Source: Selaginella moellendorffii | Lineage: Eukaryota > Plantae > Lycopodiophyta | Length of the DNA: 64,000 nucleotides | Assembly (NCBI RefSeq): GCF_000143415.4 | Contig: NW_003314272.1 | Location: forward strand, 117,144-181,143 | Direction: 5' to 3' | Part shown: positions 49,758 through 63,313 of the stretch, piece after piece | How positions within the stretch are numbered: position 1 is the stretch's first letter | Layout: the number at the start of each line of letters is the position of its first letter | Position numbers and translations under genes: made by a program | The notes under the pieces: model-generated | What the model was told of the DNA's origin: nothing | What the model saw: the letters and a program-made list of their open reading frames with translations, nothing else | The model's database searches: none

Positions 49758-52487
49758 TCACTGATCCGCAAGCACTGCATTGCTCCAAGACAGGATGAAA
49801 TCCCGAGCAGCCGCAGGGATTCCTGCTCAGAAGATAAGAAACAAATATCAATAGCTACTTTATGTTGATGGAGAGATCACAAACCTTGCAAGACATCGAG
49901 AGCCAATGCAGCTGGATCCAAATCTTTCTCGACCAGCCGGTAGACGTCCAGAACCTGCAGCAACCCAAATCTCATTATTCAGGAACTCCACTCCATCGTG
50001 AGTAGAGAGAGCATCACTCACTTCGTCAACATGAAGCCTCGAGTCCTCGGTGAAAGCCAATAGGAGCTGGCGCCGGATTTCGGGATCGGTGATGACAACT
50101 CTCACACCGTCTTTGATGGTGTCTGTGAGATCGAGCTTGGGAACCTGGCCTTGAGAAGCCGTGGCAGACCTGCAGCAGCACAAAACATTGAGCTTCTAAT
50201 CCGATGGAAAAAAAGTGACCTTGCTTTTGACTTCGGACGCTAGGGTTGCGACTCATCATCGCTACTTGCTCTCTGGCAAGCATGATCAAGTTCTCCAGCC
50301 GGTTCCACTGAAACATGCCATCCTTGAACAGCACCTAGATAACAAATGTGAGAGTTACTTTAGAATCTCGCAAAAATCTAGAGATGAGATTTTCTTACTT
50401 GCAGCAATCTCTCCCGCAGGTATGGCTCGGGATCAGTCAAGAGTCTCTTTGCTACGTATGGATAAGCTACCTGAGGGAATTTTTTTTTTGTTGCGTGTGA
50501 GTTGAAGATAGAAAAAGTGAAGAGAAGCTTACCTCGAGAAACTTAAAATCTGGCTGGAGCGTCAAACAAATTCCTTCCTGTGTTAGTAGCGAGCGGATGA
50601 CTAGCGAATACTTCTCAGGTATACGAATAGGATACTGGTACACAAGCTCATTGAATTGTTCTGTGAACAAAAGCAAAAGAACCACATCAAGAATCACGAG
50701 AAGAACAGCTTGCATACTTGTAACAATGCGGAAGTTAAAATCCGCAAGACCCTTCCCCATTGAGTTTCCCCAGATCGCCTCCAGAGCTGGAACAATAGGT
50801 GTTATGTCCGTTCCCGGTGCAAGAAATCCAAGTCTAGAGAAATCGTTGGCCATTTCCACGTAGTCTTCGTTAACGGCGTGAACGACCGCATCAATGAGAA
50901 TTTGCTTATTTCTCTGCATGAACGACGGCCTGTAAGCAGGATATAATAAAGTGTCTCTGCGAAAAAGATACCTGTGTGAGCTGTGCTACATTGCCAAAAT
51001 CAACGTAAGCAATGCGGCCATCACGCATTGCAAAAATGTTTCCGGGGTGAGGATCGCCATGAAAAAGACCAAACTCAAGAAGCTGCCTTAGAGCTGCGCT
51101 CACACCAACAGTGATAAAGGCTGGCACGTCGATACCAGCATCAGTTATAGCCTGGAGAGGCGCAACATATAAGCGTGAGGTCGAGAATCTCTACAAACAA
51201 CTAAATGACGAACCTGAGGATCAGTGCAGCGAATTCCGTCAATCCACTCCATCACCAAAACACGAGAGCCGGAGAAGCTCTTGTACACGAGAGGGATCTT
51301 CACGGTCAGATCATTCTTAAAGTTCTTGTAGAAGTCCTCAAGGTTTCGTGCTTCCTGTCTCAGGAAAAAGATTTCAAGAATTAGCAATCAAGAAGAAGAC
51401 GGGGAAGGATTTAACTTACAAGAGTGTAGTCGAGCTCTTCTAGCAGCTTCTCTCCAAACTCGTCGACAATCAACTCAGCATTACATCCAAGCTTCTTTGT
51501 GCTAATGCCGTTCAAGAAAGATGCAAGGGTTCTAAACAGAAACAAATCTCTGTAAATTATAGGCTCGATGCCAGGTCTCTGGACCTACAAACCAGCAGTG
51601 GAGAAAGATGTAAGCGAGAAAGTTTAAGAAAGGAAGCGAGTACCTTGACGGCGACTTCCTCTCCAGAAAGAAGCGTTGCTCGGTATACTTGACCAAGGCT
51701 AGCTGCGGCAACTGGCTGTGCCGAGATTTTCCGGAAAGCTTTCTCCAGAGGCATGTTAAGGTCGCTCTCGATGATGCTGAATGCAATCTGGGAGAAGAAA
51801 ATGAAAACCAATACGAAACAAGCTTAATAGCAAGACCTGGTTTGGGAACGATGGAACGTCATCCTGGAGTGTGCACAACTCGTTCATGTAATCCTGTCGA
51901 ACGATATCGGGCCTGTTCGCAAGAACCTGCAAAACAACCGAGTTTCAAAATCCATGAAACACGCAAGAAATTCTTCATACCTGTCCAGCCTTTACAAACG
52001 AGGGTCCTAGATCGCAGAGCAAAGTCCTGAGCTGTGCAGCACGAACGGGCACCATTTCGTCGTCTCTTCCAACCAGACAATCGTAGGAAAGGCTCGCCCA
52101 GTACAGTCCGAGCCTCCATATGATCTCCACGCATCGCCCAACAACGGAGGCAAATGACTCCCTCGACTCAAGCACTCTTTGGCGAACCTGTTTGCTCCAA
52201 ACACTAGGCGTAAGGAAGAAAGAGTCCGCGATCTCGAGACTTACCAGTTCCGGTGTGTACTTTCTCAAGAGATTGCAAGCTCCTCGCTCCAAGTCCAGCT
52301 CCTCGAGTGCTTCGGTCGAGGGGAAAGCAGTGGCAGAGCCATTGAGACCCGACTTGATTCTGAGCGGAGCTGTAGCGACCCGGCAGATCACACAGCTCCT
52401 TTTCCTCGTCCGACCACTGATCGAGTGTGGAGGAACATTTCGGAGCCTGGCACTGCTTCCAATTGCCGGTGTTGCTGCTACCTCCAT
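49758..52487 (-). CDS. ABC1K1: Plastoglobule ABC1 kinase 1
   Basis: LCDLGPSFVKAGQVLANRPD, AAASLGQVY, VAVKVQ, FHGDPHPGN, YVDFG, YPIRIPEKYSLVIRSLLTQEG. Confidence 0.92.
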
Positions 52488-52679
52488 GTTGGCAGTGAAA
52501 AAGAGCCACACTTTCTGGGCAAAACATGTCCACGTAGACCCCGTTAAAAAGCCCACAGCCCTTTTGGATCATATCCATTCATTTCTCATCGCATTTTCTC
52601 ATCCAGGAAATGCACCACTTGTATGAGTGACAAGAGGGATGGACTCCACCGCCATGGAAGATTTTTGCAACGCTCCTTC

Positions 52680-54449
52680 CTAGCTGGTTGCATCCATTTT
52701 GAGCGTGTTTTGCATCAGCACGAAACGGGCACCGTCCGACTCCGGCATGACATGGACGCCAGCGGCTTTTGCTGCGAGCTTGGCATCTTTGTGAAGTTTG
52801 CAAGCACTGATCAAAGAAATCCAGCCATCCCTCTCGCACTCGACGGAGTTTAGAAGCAGTTCCTCCGCCTGTTCCAGCAGGCCCAAGCGACCCAGGAGAT
52901 CCACCATGGAAATGCAGTGCTCGACGGCAGGAGAAACTCCATAGTCGTGCTTCATGCCGCCAAAGTACTGGCAGCCGTCCTCTGAGAAGCCTCCGTGGCT
53001 GCAAGCCAGCAGAAGAGCACTGAAAGTTGCCCCGTTTGGCTGGTGGATACTCTCCAGCTCCAGTGTCCTGAAAAGCTCGAAAGCTTGGCTTGCTTGGCCG
53101 TTCTTTGCATACCCTGCGACCGCAGCATTCCAAGTGACTATGTCGCGTTTCCTCATTCCGTCGAACACGCTTCTAGCCGCTTCCATGCTTCCACACTTTG
53201 CATACATGCTCACGAGTCCGTTGCCTACAGCGACTCCTCCTCCAATCTCCATGCCATTGACGATGGAATGGTGAAAGATCCTACACGCTTCCAGTTCTCC
53301 CAATCTTCCAAAAGCCTCGAGAGCTGCTACGACGGCGACACCGTCTACAGGAACTCCTTCCAGGTCCATGACGCTAAAGAGTCGCACAGCATCCTTGAAT
53401 CGTCCAGCCCGGGTGTAAGTTGCGATCATAGCAGTCCACGACACTGTGTTCTTGTGTGCCGCTCTATCGAACACGTCTTTAGCTCGTTCGCTCAAGTCAC
53501 ACCGTGCATAAGCGCTAACGAGAGCTGCGGTCAACATCGTGTCGGACTCCATCCCCCTGAGTGTGATCTCATCGTGGGCAAGACGAACAAACATTTCAGC
53601 ACTGGCGGCGGCCTGGAGAACTGCGACGAATGTCATTCTGTCGGCTTGCACGGTGCCTTCCAAATCCATTGACGCCAGTAGCCGAAACGCAGCCCCGGTC
53701 ATTTCCTGTCCACCATACGCAGCAAGCATCACATTCCAAGAGGCTATATCCTTTCTGAAAGGCATTGAATCAAAGAGCTTGTTTGCTTGCTCGATATGCC
53801 CGTTTTGGGCATATGCCGAGATCAATGCATTCCAAGACACGGCATCTCTCTCGGGCATCTGATCAAAGACCGCCTTGCATCTATCCAAGTCCCTGAGCTG
53901 CGCATAAACCGTTATGACGGTGTTCCAGGAGACCAGATTCTTCATTGGCATCCTGGCGAAGACACTGCAAGCTCTTTCCATATGCCCGTTTCGGGCATGT
54001 CCAGAAACAAGAGCAGTCCAAGACACGACGTCCCGCTGCGGCATTGCGTCAAAGATTTCCCGAGCTTTAAACATGAGACCGTTTTGAGAGTAGATCTTCA
54101 GCATCACATTCCACACCACTACATCCTTGTCTGGCATCGTATCAAAGAGCTCTCGAGCTTCGACAAGATACCCATTTTGGGCATATGCGGTGATCATGAC
54201 AGTCCACGAAAAAACATTAGGCCTGTCTATGCTCTCGAAGGCCGCCACCGCGCGCTGAATGCTCCCACAGCTCCCATACATCTGAACGATGAGATTGCCG
54301 AGGTATCTGTTTCGAGAGTGGTGGTGCGATGCTGCAATTCGGCCGTGAACGAGAGTGCCTTGTGCTAGATCCTTGGCCCGCGCGCATTTTCTAAGCAGAG
54401 AAGCCAAGAGGGCGCATTCGTCTCGAAACGAAGTGTCGACTGTTGACAT
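52680..54449 (-). CDS. PLS-class PPR protein with degenerate E domain, no DYW; intronless
   Basis: Tandem S/P repeats (ARE.FD.MP.RDVVSW), LLACSHGG, PAVEHCISMVDLLGRLG, W.SLISACKLH. Confidence 0.92.
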   Translation of the reverse strand: MSTVDTSFRDECALLASLLRKCARAKDLAQGTLVHGRIAASHHHSRNRYLGNLIVQMYGSCGSIQRAVAAFESIDRPNVFSWTVMITAYAQNGYLVEARELFDTMPDKDVVVWNVMLKIYSQNGLMFKAREIFDAMPQRDVVSWTALVSGHARNGHMERACSVFARMPMKNLVSWNTVITVYAQLRDLDRCKAVFDQMPERDAVSWNALISAYAQNGHIEQANKLFDSMPFRKDIASWNVMLAAYGGQEMTGAAFRLLASMDLEGTVQADRMTFVAVLQAAASAEMFVRLAHDEITLRGMESDTMLTAALVSAYARCDLSERAKDVFDRAAHKNTVSWTAMIATYTRAGRFKDAVRLFSVMDLEGVPVDGVAVVAALEAFGRLGELEACRIFHHSIVNGMEIGGGVAVGNGLVSMYAKCGSMEAARSVFDGMRKRDIVTWNAAVAGYAKNGQASQAFELFRTLELESIHQPNGATFSALLLACSHGGFSEDGCQYFGGMKHDYGVSPAVEHCISMVDLLGRLGLLEQAEELLLNSVECERDGWISLISACKLHKDAKLAAKAAGVHVMPESDGARFVLMQNTLKMDATS

Positions 54450-54553
54450 CTGTGGCAAGCGAATAAAAAAGATTTCGCTACGCAGTCATCGTGCACACTG
54501 CGATTCAAAGTTGGCATGGACGAATGTTTGTTAGCTTCCGGTGACAACGTTGA

Positions 54554-55855
<1,302 letters not shown>

Positions 55856-55973
55856 CCGTGTGCCATTTTAGGGCTTATTCTTTATACGAAAGGAAAGCGT
55901 CAAAAAGTCGACCTCATTTTTAAGGCTTATTCTTTTTCAAAATTAAAGGCAAACAAAGCTTACTTTAAAGATT

Positions 55974-56045
55974 TGCTCCCAGTGAGGATCGAACTCACGA
56001 CCTCTCGCTTACGAAGCGAGCGCAATACCACTATGCTATGGAAGC
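55974..56045 (-). tRNA. trnT-CGT: tRNA-Thr (anticodon CGT)
   Basis: GCTTCCA/TGGGAGC acceptor stem; anticodon arm CTCGC-TTCGTAA-GCGAG; T-loop GTTCGATC. Confidence 0.95.
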
Positions 56046-56141
56046 CTTAACTTATCCTAGATCCGCTCACCTTCCTAGAACATTGATGTGTCTTCTTGTA
56101 TTTCCATGTTTACTTGAATAAAGAGCTACCTAGGGCTTGCC

Positions 56142-56886
56142 ATGGCGCTCTCGGGGCTCTCGTCCGTAGCATCCGGAGCGGCGCTGGTGGCGGCGTCGTC
56201 TACATCAGGGCCTGGGGTGAGCTTAAACCTAGCCGCATTTGTTTGATCCATCGCCACAGAGAGATTTCGTCTTGCAGCGGACGAGCGTGAGGATTCCTAC
56301 ATTTCTAGCATGGCGGAGGGATCGGAGACTGCTGCGGTGCGATTCCGCCCGCGCCTTGTCGCCTGCGAGTAAGACTGGGGAGGAATCCGCGACGAGGAGC
56401 GCGGTAGCGGCATCAAAGCCACAAGACCCGCTCAGATCGTTTCCGTGGGACGTGGCCGCCAAGAGATTCGCCGCCAGGCTATCCGACTTGGTGTGGACGG
56501 CGCTCAAGTGGCTCACCATCCCTGTGCTGCTCGTCTCCTCCGCCAGCGAGCTCGCCTACACGCTCGTCCATGGCAAGGCCCTCTTCGTGCCAGTCTCCAT
56601 GCTCCTCGGGATTGCGCTCGCGGGGATCATGAACGAGGTTGCGAAAGAAGTGTCTCCAAGTCTCCGGGTACGTGCACGCTTGCGAGCGACTGACTTGACG
56701 AGTTTTTCTCGCCTCGTTCTCTTGCAGAAGGGATTTCCATTCCACTTGGTGGTGATCGGCGTTGGATTTGGATTGATCAAGATGCCCGGACCCTCGTATC
56801 CTTTCTGGGGACGGATAATTCTTCCACACTTTGCGAATGGCGGGCTGTGGCAGACTTGCTATCTCATCTGGCGTGGGCTGAGATGA
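56142..56886 (+). CDS. Plastid membrane protein, EMB1273-like
   Basis: Transit-like first exon MALSGLSS...; conserved FPFHL...LIKMPGPSYPFWGRIILPHFANGGL. Confidence 0.7.
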
Positions 56887-57034
56887 TCTTCCGAGTGTTG
56901 TACTACTCTCGAGATATTTGAGGAGGGCATATCCGGCAGGGATCCTTGGAATATCCACTTGGTGCTTCTTTCAAAGTTAGTAGTTCTTCCACTTCCGCCC
57001 TAGAAGAGATTTTTGGCCGCGCCTGCCACTAGCT

Positions 57035-59148
57035 ATGCAGGGCACTCGAGTGCCTCTCCATTGCTCTCCATTCCTTCCGCTCCCTCCGCCACCGCTTCTG
57101 CCACCTCCGCCGCCGCTTTCTCCATTCCAATCCACTCTCGCGAGCAGCTGCTCGTTTCAGTCTCTTCCTCTCGCCTTGTCCCCGCCGAGAAGTGGTGCTC
57201 TGGAGAGCTGTGCTGCTGCGTTCTGGAGCCCGAGCTTGGTGAGAAAGCAGAGGAGGAGGAGGAGATTGTCGAAGCTGGATGCCGTTGCCAATGCTGTGGA
57301 GGAGCGGGGGCGGGAGCGGGACACTGGTACCATTGGGCCTCGCCGAATTGCTCTCTTCGTGGAGCCGTCTCCGTTTGCGTGAGTAGCAATTTCTTTCCTC
57401 TCATTCTCTCATTGTCTTGCTGGGCACAGCTATGTCTCTGGATATAAAAATCGCTTCCAGAATTTCATTCGCTATTTGAGAGAGATGGGGGACGAGGTTC
57501 GTGCTTTTGCGTGCTTTTCTTCTTGTTCTGTTTATAATCTTTAATTCCAGGTGCTGATTATCACGACACACGAAGGTGTTCCCACCGAGTTTCATGGAGC
57601 CAAAGTTATCGGTTCCTGGAGGTAATGCTCAATTTCTACGAAGAAAAAACGTTTTTTCTTTTTTTTTTCCTTTTGAAACAAGTGTTTTTCTCTTTTCTCG
57701 TGAAGCTTTCCTTGCCCGTTCTACAAACTCGTTCCCCTGTCGCTTGCTCTCAGCCCACGCATCATCTCTGAAGTTGCGCATTTCAAGCCCGATATAATTC
57801 ATGCGTCCTCTCCAGGAATAATGGTATGGTTTTGATTTTCTTCTACATTTTAATTCTTGATGCAGGTTTTCGGCGCTCTAGCGATTGCAAAGCTGCTCCA
57901 CATTCCTATTGTGTTGTCCTACCATACTCATGTCCCTTTGTAAGCTCTTATTGGCTTTTCTTTTACAAAGTTAATGTTTGATCAACAGGTATATACCGAA
58001 GTACACATTCAGCTGGCTCGTCAAACCAATGTGGCTGATCATCAGTAAAGTTTCACTTTCCCAAGCCAAATCAAATGTTAATTTTTTTTAAAAAACTTTT
58101 TCTGTCGTGCAGAATTCTTGCATCGAGCTGCAGACCTTACGCTGGTAACTTCCAGTGTTCTTGGAAAAGAGCTCAAAGCAGCTGGCGCAGCAACAGGTAT
58201 AGTGCAATCAATGTTTGTTTGCATCTAATCCATCCTTTTCCAGCCAACAAGATTCGTGTTTGGCGCAAAGGTGTCGACTCGGATAGATTCCATCCTCGAT
58301 ATAAAAGTGACGCTATGAGAAACCGGCTCACGTAAGCTTCGGTACATTTTCTCCTTCCGATCTCCATGATCTTGACTGGCAAATCACTTTCAGCGGTGGG
58401 GAACCTGAGCGTCGCCTAGCGATTTATGTGGGAAGACTGGGAGTCGAGAAGAACCTGGAGTTCTTGTACAAGTATGTCAAGAAATACTTCCACCGGTTTT
58501 CTGTTTTCTCACGTTGCAGTGCTTTTAGAGTGATGCAGAGACTACCCGACGCAAGGATTGCGTTTGTAGGTGATGGACCGTCCAGGTAAGTCACTGAATT
58601 TCATGGCTAAACTTGTTCTAGCGAGTCCACATCGTTGCAGGAAGGACTTGGAGGAATTGTTCGCGGATTTGCCAGTGGTTTTCACTGGAATGCTTCAAGG
58701 AGAAGAGCTCTCACAAGCCTATGCCAGTGCGGACGTGTTCGTGATGCCATCCGAGTCGGAAACGCTGGGCTTCGTGGTCCTCGAGGCAATGGCCTCCGGA
58801 GTTCCCGTGGTTGCGGCTCGGGCGGGGGGCATTCCCGACATTATCTGCGAGGGTGGCGAGACCGGATTCCTGTATGCTCCTGGCGATTTGGACGAGTGCG
58901 TGAACAGGGTGCGAAGTTTGCTTGATTGCGAGGAGCTGCGGCAGAGGATTGGAGACGCCGGGCGGAAAGAAGTGGAGAAGTTCGACTGGAGAGCGAGCAC
59001 GAGACAAGTGCGGAACGAGGAGTACGGGGCTGCGATCTGGTTTTGGAGAAAGAGGAGGCAGCAGTTTTTGAGAAGATTAGCTTGGGTCATGAGGAAGCTA
59101 CACTTGAAACAAAGCTGGTCTGGTGGAAATGTTGGAAGTGCAACTTGA
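57035..59148 (+). CDS. SQD2: Sulfoquinovosyl transferase (SQDG synthase, GT4)
   Basis: PRRIALFVEPSPFAYVSGYKNRFQNFI, IIHASSPG, SYHTHVP, MPSESETLGFVVLEAM. Confidence 0.96.
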
Positions 59149-59214
59149 TTGGACTGTATTCTTTACCTTCGGTTTAAGAAACTTAGAAGAGACAATGTTC
59201 AAGACAGCCTTGAC

Positions 59215-60037
59215 TTACTTCGACTTGCTAATCTCCTTTCTGTCTTTGTCATAGTCTTCTACTAGCTTTCGGACATCCTCCCAAAACAAAGCCTCTGCAA
59301 AAACTCCTTCGCTGGAGAACCTGGGCAGCAAAATTAGTGTGTTGTGTTGGATACAACCGTGACAAACCAAACGACAAGCATACCATTTTGTAACGCTCTT
59401 GGTAAACTCCACCGGCGAATGGGCCGAGATGTGACCCGGATCAGCACTCGCAATGCGTAGAGTATACTTTGGCGAGTGACGGGGGAGCTTGGACGATATT
59501 GCTAGTCCAGTACTGGTAAACGAGCCCTGCAAAACTCAAGTTAGAGTCCTCTCCCGCAAGAAAGAAGAAGAAAAAAAAAACAATCGTGACGTACCGGGAA
59601 CGGATACGTGACGACTATGTTGTTCTTCTCCTTGAAGTAGACGATCGCTTGGATGGCGAGATTCAAGACAACATACGTGGGATCTGTGTCAAGGAAACAA
59701 GAAAGGAAACAAAACAAAGATTTGAGGATATAAGGCAATGCAGACGAGTAGAACTGGCTTGTTCTCCGGGAATTTCTTGGGATAGAGCTGCGCTGCCAGA
59801 GCAACGAGGCAGGCTAGAAAGCCAAGGCCCAGCTTCATGTTGCTCACCGTCACATTCTCCTTGAATCCCATGTCGCCGATGACCTGGTAACGGAGGATCC
59901 AGCTCTCAGCTCCCAGATCTAGCGAAATTCTCATGAGCTCCTACCTCGGACACAGTCTCATCGAGCATGCGCTTGATGGCGAAGTGATCGCTGAGATTGA
60001 CCTTCTTAACCGCGGCCGCGGCCTTCGCCTCCCCCAT
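59215..60037 (-). CDS. SPCS2: Signal peptidase complex subunit 2 (SPC25/SPCS2)
   Basis: KKVNLSDHFAIKRMLDE, AQLYPKKFPENK, SSKLPRHSPKYTL, FTKSVTKWFSSEGVF. Confidence 0.92.
59677..59731 (-). other. U12-type AT-AC intron
   Basis: 5' ATATCCTC, branch TCCTTGAC, 3' CCCAC; removal restores IAL-YVVLN. Confidence 0.88.
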
Positions 60038-60050
60038 AGCCGGCGACGGT

Positions 60051-60156
60051 AAACCCTAAGACTGGATTTCCCGTAATGACATGGATTTATACACGTCACA
60101 CTTCTCCTGATATCTCCCGCCCAACGGGGTTTTAGCCCAGCTGCGCATTTAGGGTT
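60051..60156. promoter_or_regulatory. Bidirectional promoter with telo-boxes
   Basis: AAACCCTAA at 60051 and TTAGGGTT at 60149, within the 122 bp between divergent ATGs. Confidence 0.5.
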
Positions 60157-60159
60157 CCT

Positions 60160-63100
60160 ATGGCCGAAGCTCCTCTCCCGCCCGAGAAGGATCTCTACGG
60201 CAAGGATGATCTTCACTACCTCAGTTTCTCGGCGCCAGTGCCGACGCTGCCGTTCATCGACATCCATGACTATGTAAGTGTTCCTTTGAGCAGTGGAGCG
60301 GTGCTAAGCTAGGATTGTCGAGCAGGATTTACCGTATGGCGGGAAGAACTTCCTGCACGACACTTTTGCGAAATCGCAGACCACGCCCAGCCCGTTTCAG
60401 TTCAAAGGATCGACTGTGAAGAAGGAAGGAGCGAATTTGCTGTCTTCCCTTACTGGTGTCAAGACCGATGTCACGCGCCACAAGCATTGGGTGCCTGGCT
60501 GCGGTCGTGTGCGATGTAAGTACGACCAGCAATTCACCGAGGAGGCTGTGAAGCAGCTGGAGGATTTGCTGGATGGGAAAAAGAAGAGGTCTTCCAAGTC
60601 GGGCTCTCAACGCTCGCGCAGGAGTTATGTCTGCTACATGGTGGACGAGTGCGTGGATACAGGAGATTTGGAGGGGCTGGTTTTCGACTTCGATGCTGAC
60701 AGTGATACCACAGTTGCTCAAGGTAGCTCCAGCAGCAGTAGTGACGAGGACGATAGCCCCGAAAAGAAGCCTGGAGTTATGGACAAGTCTCCGAACGAGT
60801 ACCTTGCTCTCATCAAGGATTCCATGAGCCGTATCGGTCTGCGAACGCAAATGCTACATGACCTTTCGCTCGGTGAATGTCCTCCGAGAGAGGCACCGGC
60901 GTCAGCTCCAGCTCGATCGCAGGGCCAGGGATCTGCCGCCGCCGCTGCTCAAGAAGCGGATTCACCGTATATGTCGCATACAAGCATCAGTGTCAAGCAA
61001 GCCCGAAAGCTAGTAAGTTCAAGCCTGCATGGAGACTCTTTTTTATATTTTTCTTTTGTGCTTTCCAGGTTGGTGCGATGCACACTGATGAGCAGGCTAT
61101 CGATTTGAGGGACTTGCTGTCCTGGATGGAACAACTGGGTGGGCTCTCTGTTTATTATTCGTGTTTACGAGAGGATTCCTGCTGTCCAGGTGCTATGGCT
61201 GAAGAAAAGAGCAAAGAGTACGAGTCCCGGCAGAGTTTAAAGCCCGAGTCTACAGAACAGATGAAGTCGAGGCTGCAAAACGTGGGAGGAAGTGACTGGA
61301 GACTTCCTGCCTCTCCACCTATCGCTTTACAGCTTGCGAACGAAGATTTGCAAAATCGACTGGCTAATCTGTATCAAGAAAAGGTTCTCATCATCTGGTT
61401 CTACGGTTTGTAAACGTTTGGTGACACTATGTTTGTTGACAGAACTTCCTGAATAACAAAATTCAGAGCTTGAGAAAGGAAGACCTGGATGTAAGTTCGG
61501 CTGTAACAGAGAAGAGCGTTCTTATGTCTGTCTGTTAATGCAGGAATCTCAAAACATGCCGCAGGAGTTTATGTCAGCACTACGGTCCTTGGTGTGTTTC
61601 TCCTTCACCAGCTTAAGGACATATCTTGAGTGGTAAATGCACTTGATTCTGAAAGTCCCGTGATAGGATGGGCTTTAAGCATTGTTTACTACTTATTCGC
61701 AGGAAGAAGACTACGAACTTCTTGGTGACTCAGTGTCGCAAAATCTTGAATCTGCTGAACGTTTGGTACGAAGCTTTCCTTTGATTTCCCATTGATTTTG
61801 AGTTTCTTTGGTTTGTCAGGAAGAACGATATCAGCTACTTGAGCAACAGCTGAATGCAACCGGTAAAGAGTTTCTTATATTCGTTGCTCCGCTTCTCAAA
61901 AGTTTTGTTCTTTGCTGGCAGGAAATAGTGCCGGCAAACATCTTCACGACATGGTGAAAGTGAAAAATCTACTGGGACCAGATGCCGTTGAAGGGCTTCA
62001 AAAATTACCTCCATCAAGACCTGATTCAGCTTTAAGTGAGGCAGAAAAAACTACACGGGAGGTCACAGAAGATCCTAATAAGAAGCCAAGGAAAAGCAGA
62101 AGTCCCGAAGCGATGCGAGAAGGAGGTGAAGGGGCCGCTTCAAAGCCACCGATTCGGATCCAGTCAAAAGTCTACCCAAGGAAGTCACCCAGCCCGAAGT
62201 TAGGCAAAGGAGACGACGACCGGCGTAGTCCTAGTCCTCTATCTGCCTCTGGAAGTCAGACTCCCGACTCGAGGTCGACAACTAGAAGTGAAACTGCAAG
62301 CCAGGGTAAAAATCTTATACAGATCATCCAGGACGACAAGACGAAGATTATTGAAAGTCGAGATGATGGAAGTGACAAGAGAGTTAGACGTCCTGCAAGG
62401 AAGGATAAAGCTGTTCAAACTGATTCGATTACAGTATCGTCCCTGGTAACTTCATCCTTCTTATATCTTCCTCTGACCATGTTTTAATTTCAGATGGATG
62501 ATCATCGTGACTTCGCTGATGAACCACACGTGTCTACGACACACTTGGAGGTGCGTGATTTATTTGGATTCATTCAAATTAGAAATGTTGTGTGCACACC
62601 AGGCTAAGGCTGCCGAGAAGCCTGAGAAGCCACCCACTCCAGTTCCAACACCCAAACCAACAGTCGCGGACAAAGTTAGTGCCAGACCAGAAACACCAAC
62701 TACAACACCAACTTCAAGCCCAGCAACACCAGCAACAGGAAGTCCTTCAGAGTCTCCTGCGCTGGACGGCGATTCCTCCAAAGTCAACATGCTTCACAAA
62801 GAGCTGGTAAGTCTTAGCTTGGGACCAAAAAAGTTTTTGACGCACAAACTGGGCTTGTTCATGACAGGAAAAATCCAAGAAGCAACTCAACTATTACCGG
62901 ACTCGTAACTGGGCTGAAAAGCACGAGGCTCACGCTGTTCCGATTCCTGTTACTGCGACACGACGCCCAGAAGAACCATTGGCTCCTGAGGGAGACGTCG
63001 GACTTATTTTCGTTTACAACCCAACGTCTGGATTCCATACAATGCTGTCATCGGGCGACGTGGGACAGTCGAAGAACAAAGGTTCACTCATAAGAGGATC

Positions 63101-63260
63101 CACTATTTACCACCACGATAAGCCAATGTCAGCACCAGCGGGACTTTCCAGGTCCGGTATGCCCATGTCAGTGAGCACCAGCAACAGAGTTGTGTCAGCC
63201 AGTCAAGTGATGAAACTTATAGCCAAAAGAAGGGAGCAACAACAAGCAGCAAAGAAGTAA
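60160..63260 (+). CDS. Uncharacterised multi-exon protein (coiled-coil and S/P/T-rich)
   Basis: ATG at 60160; successive open exons separated by short GT-AG introns; stop at 63260; no family recognised. Confidence 0.7.
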
Positions 63261-63313
63261 AAGTTTGTTTTGGGAGGGACAGATGTAGCAGCAGAAAACG
63301 TGTTTCACGCCGT

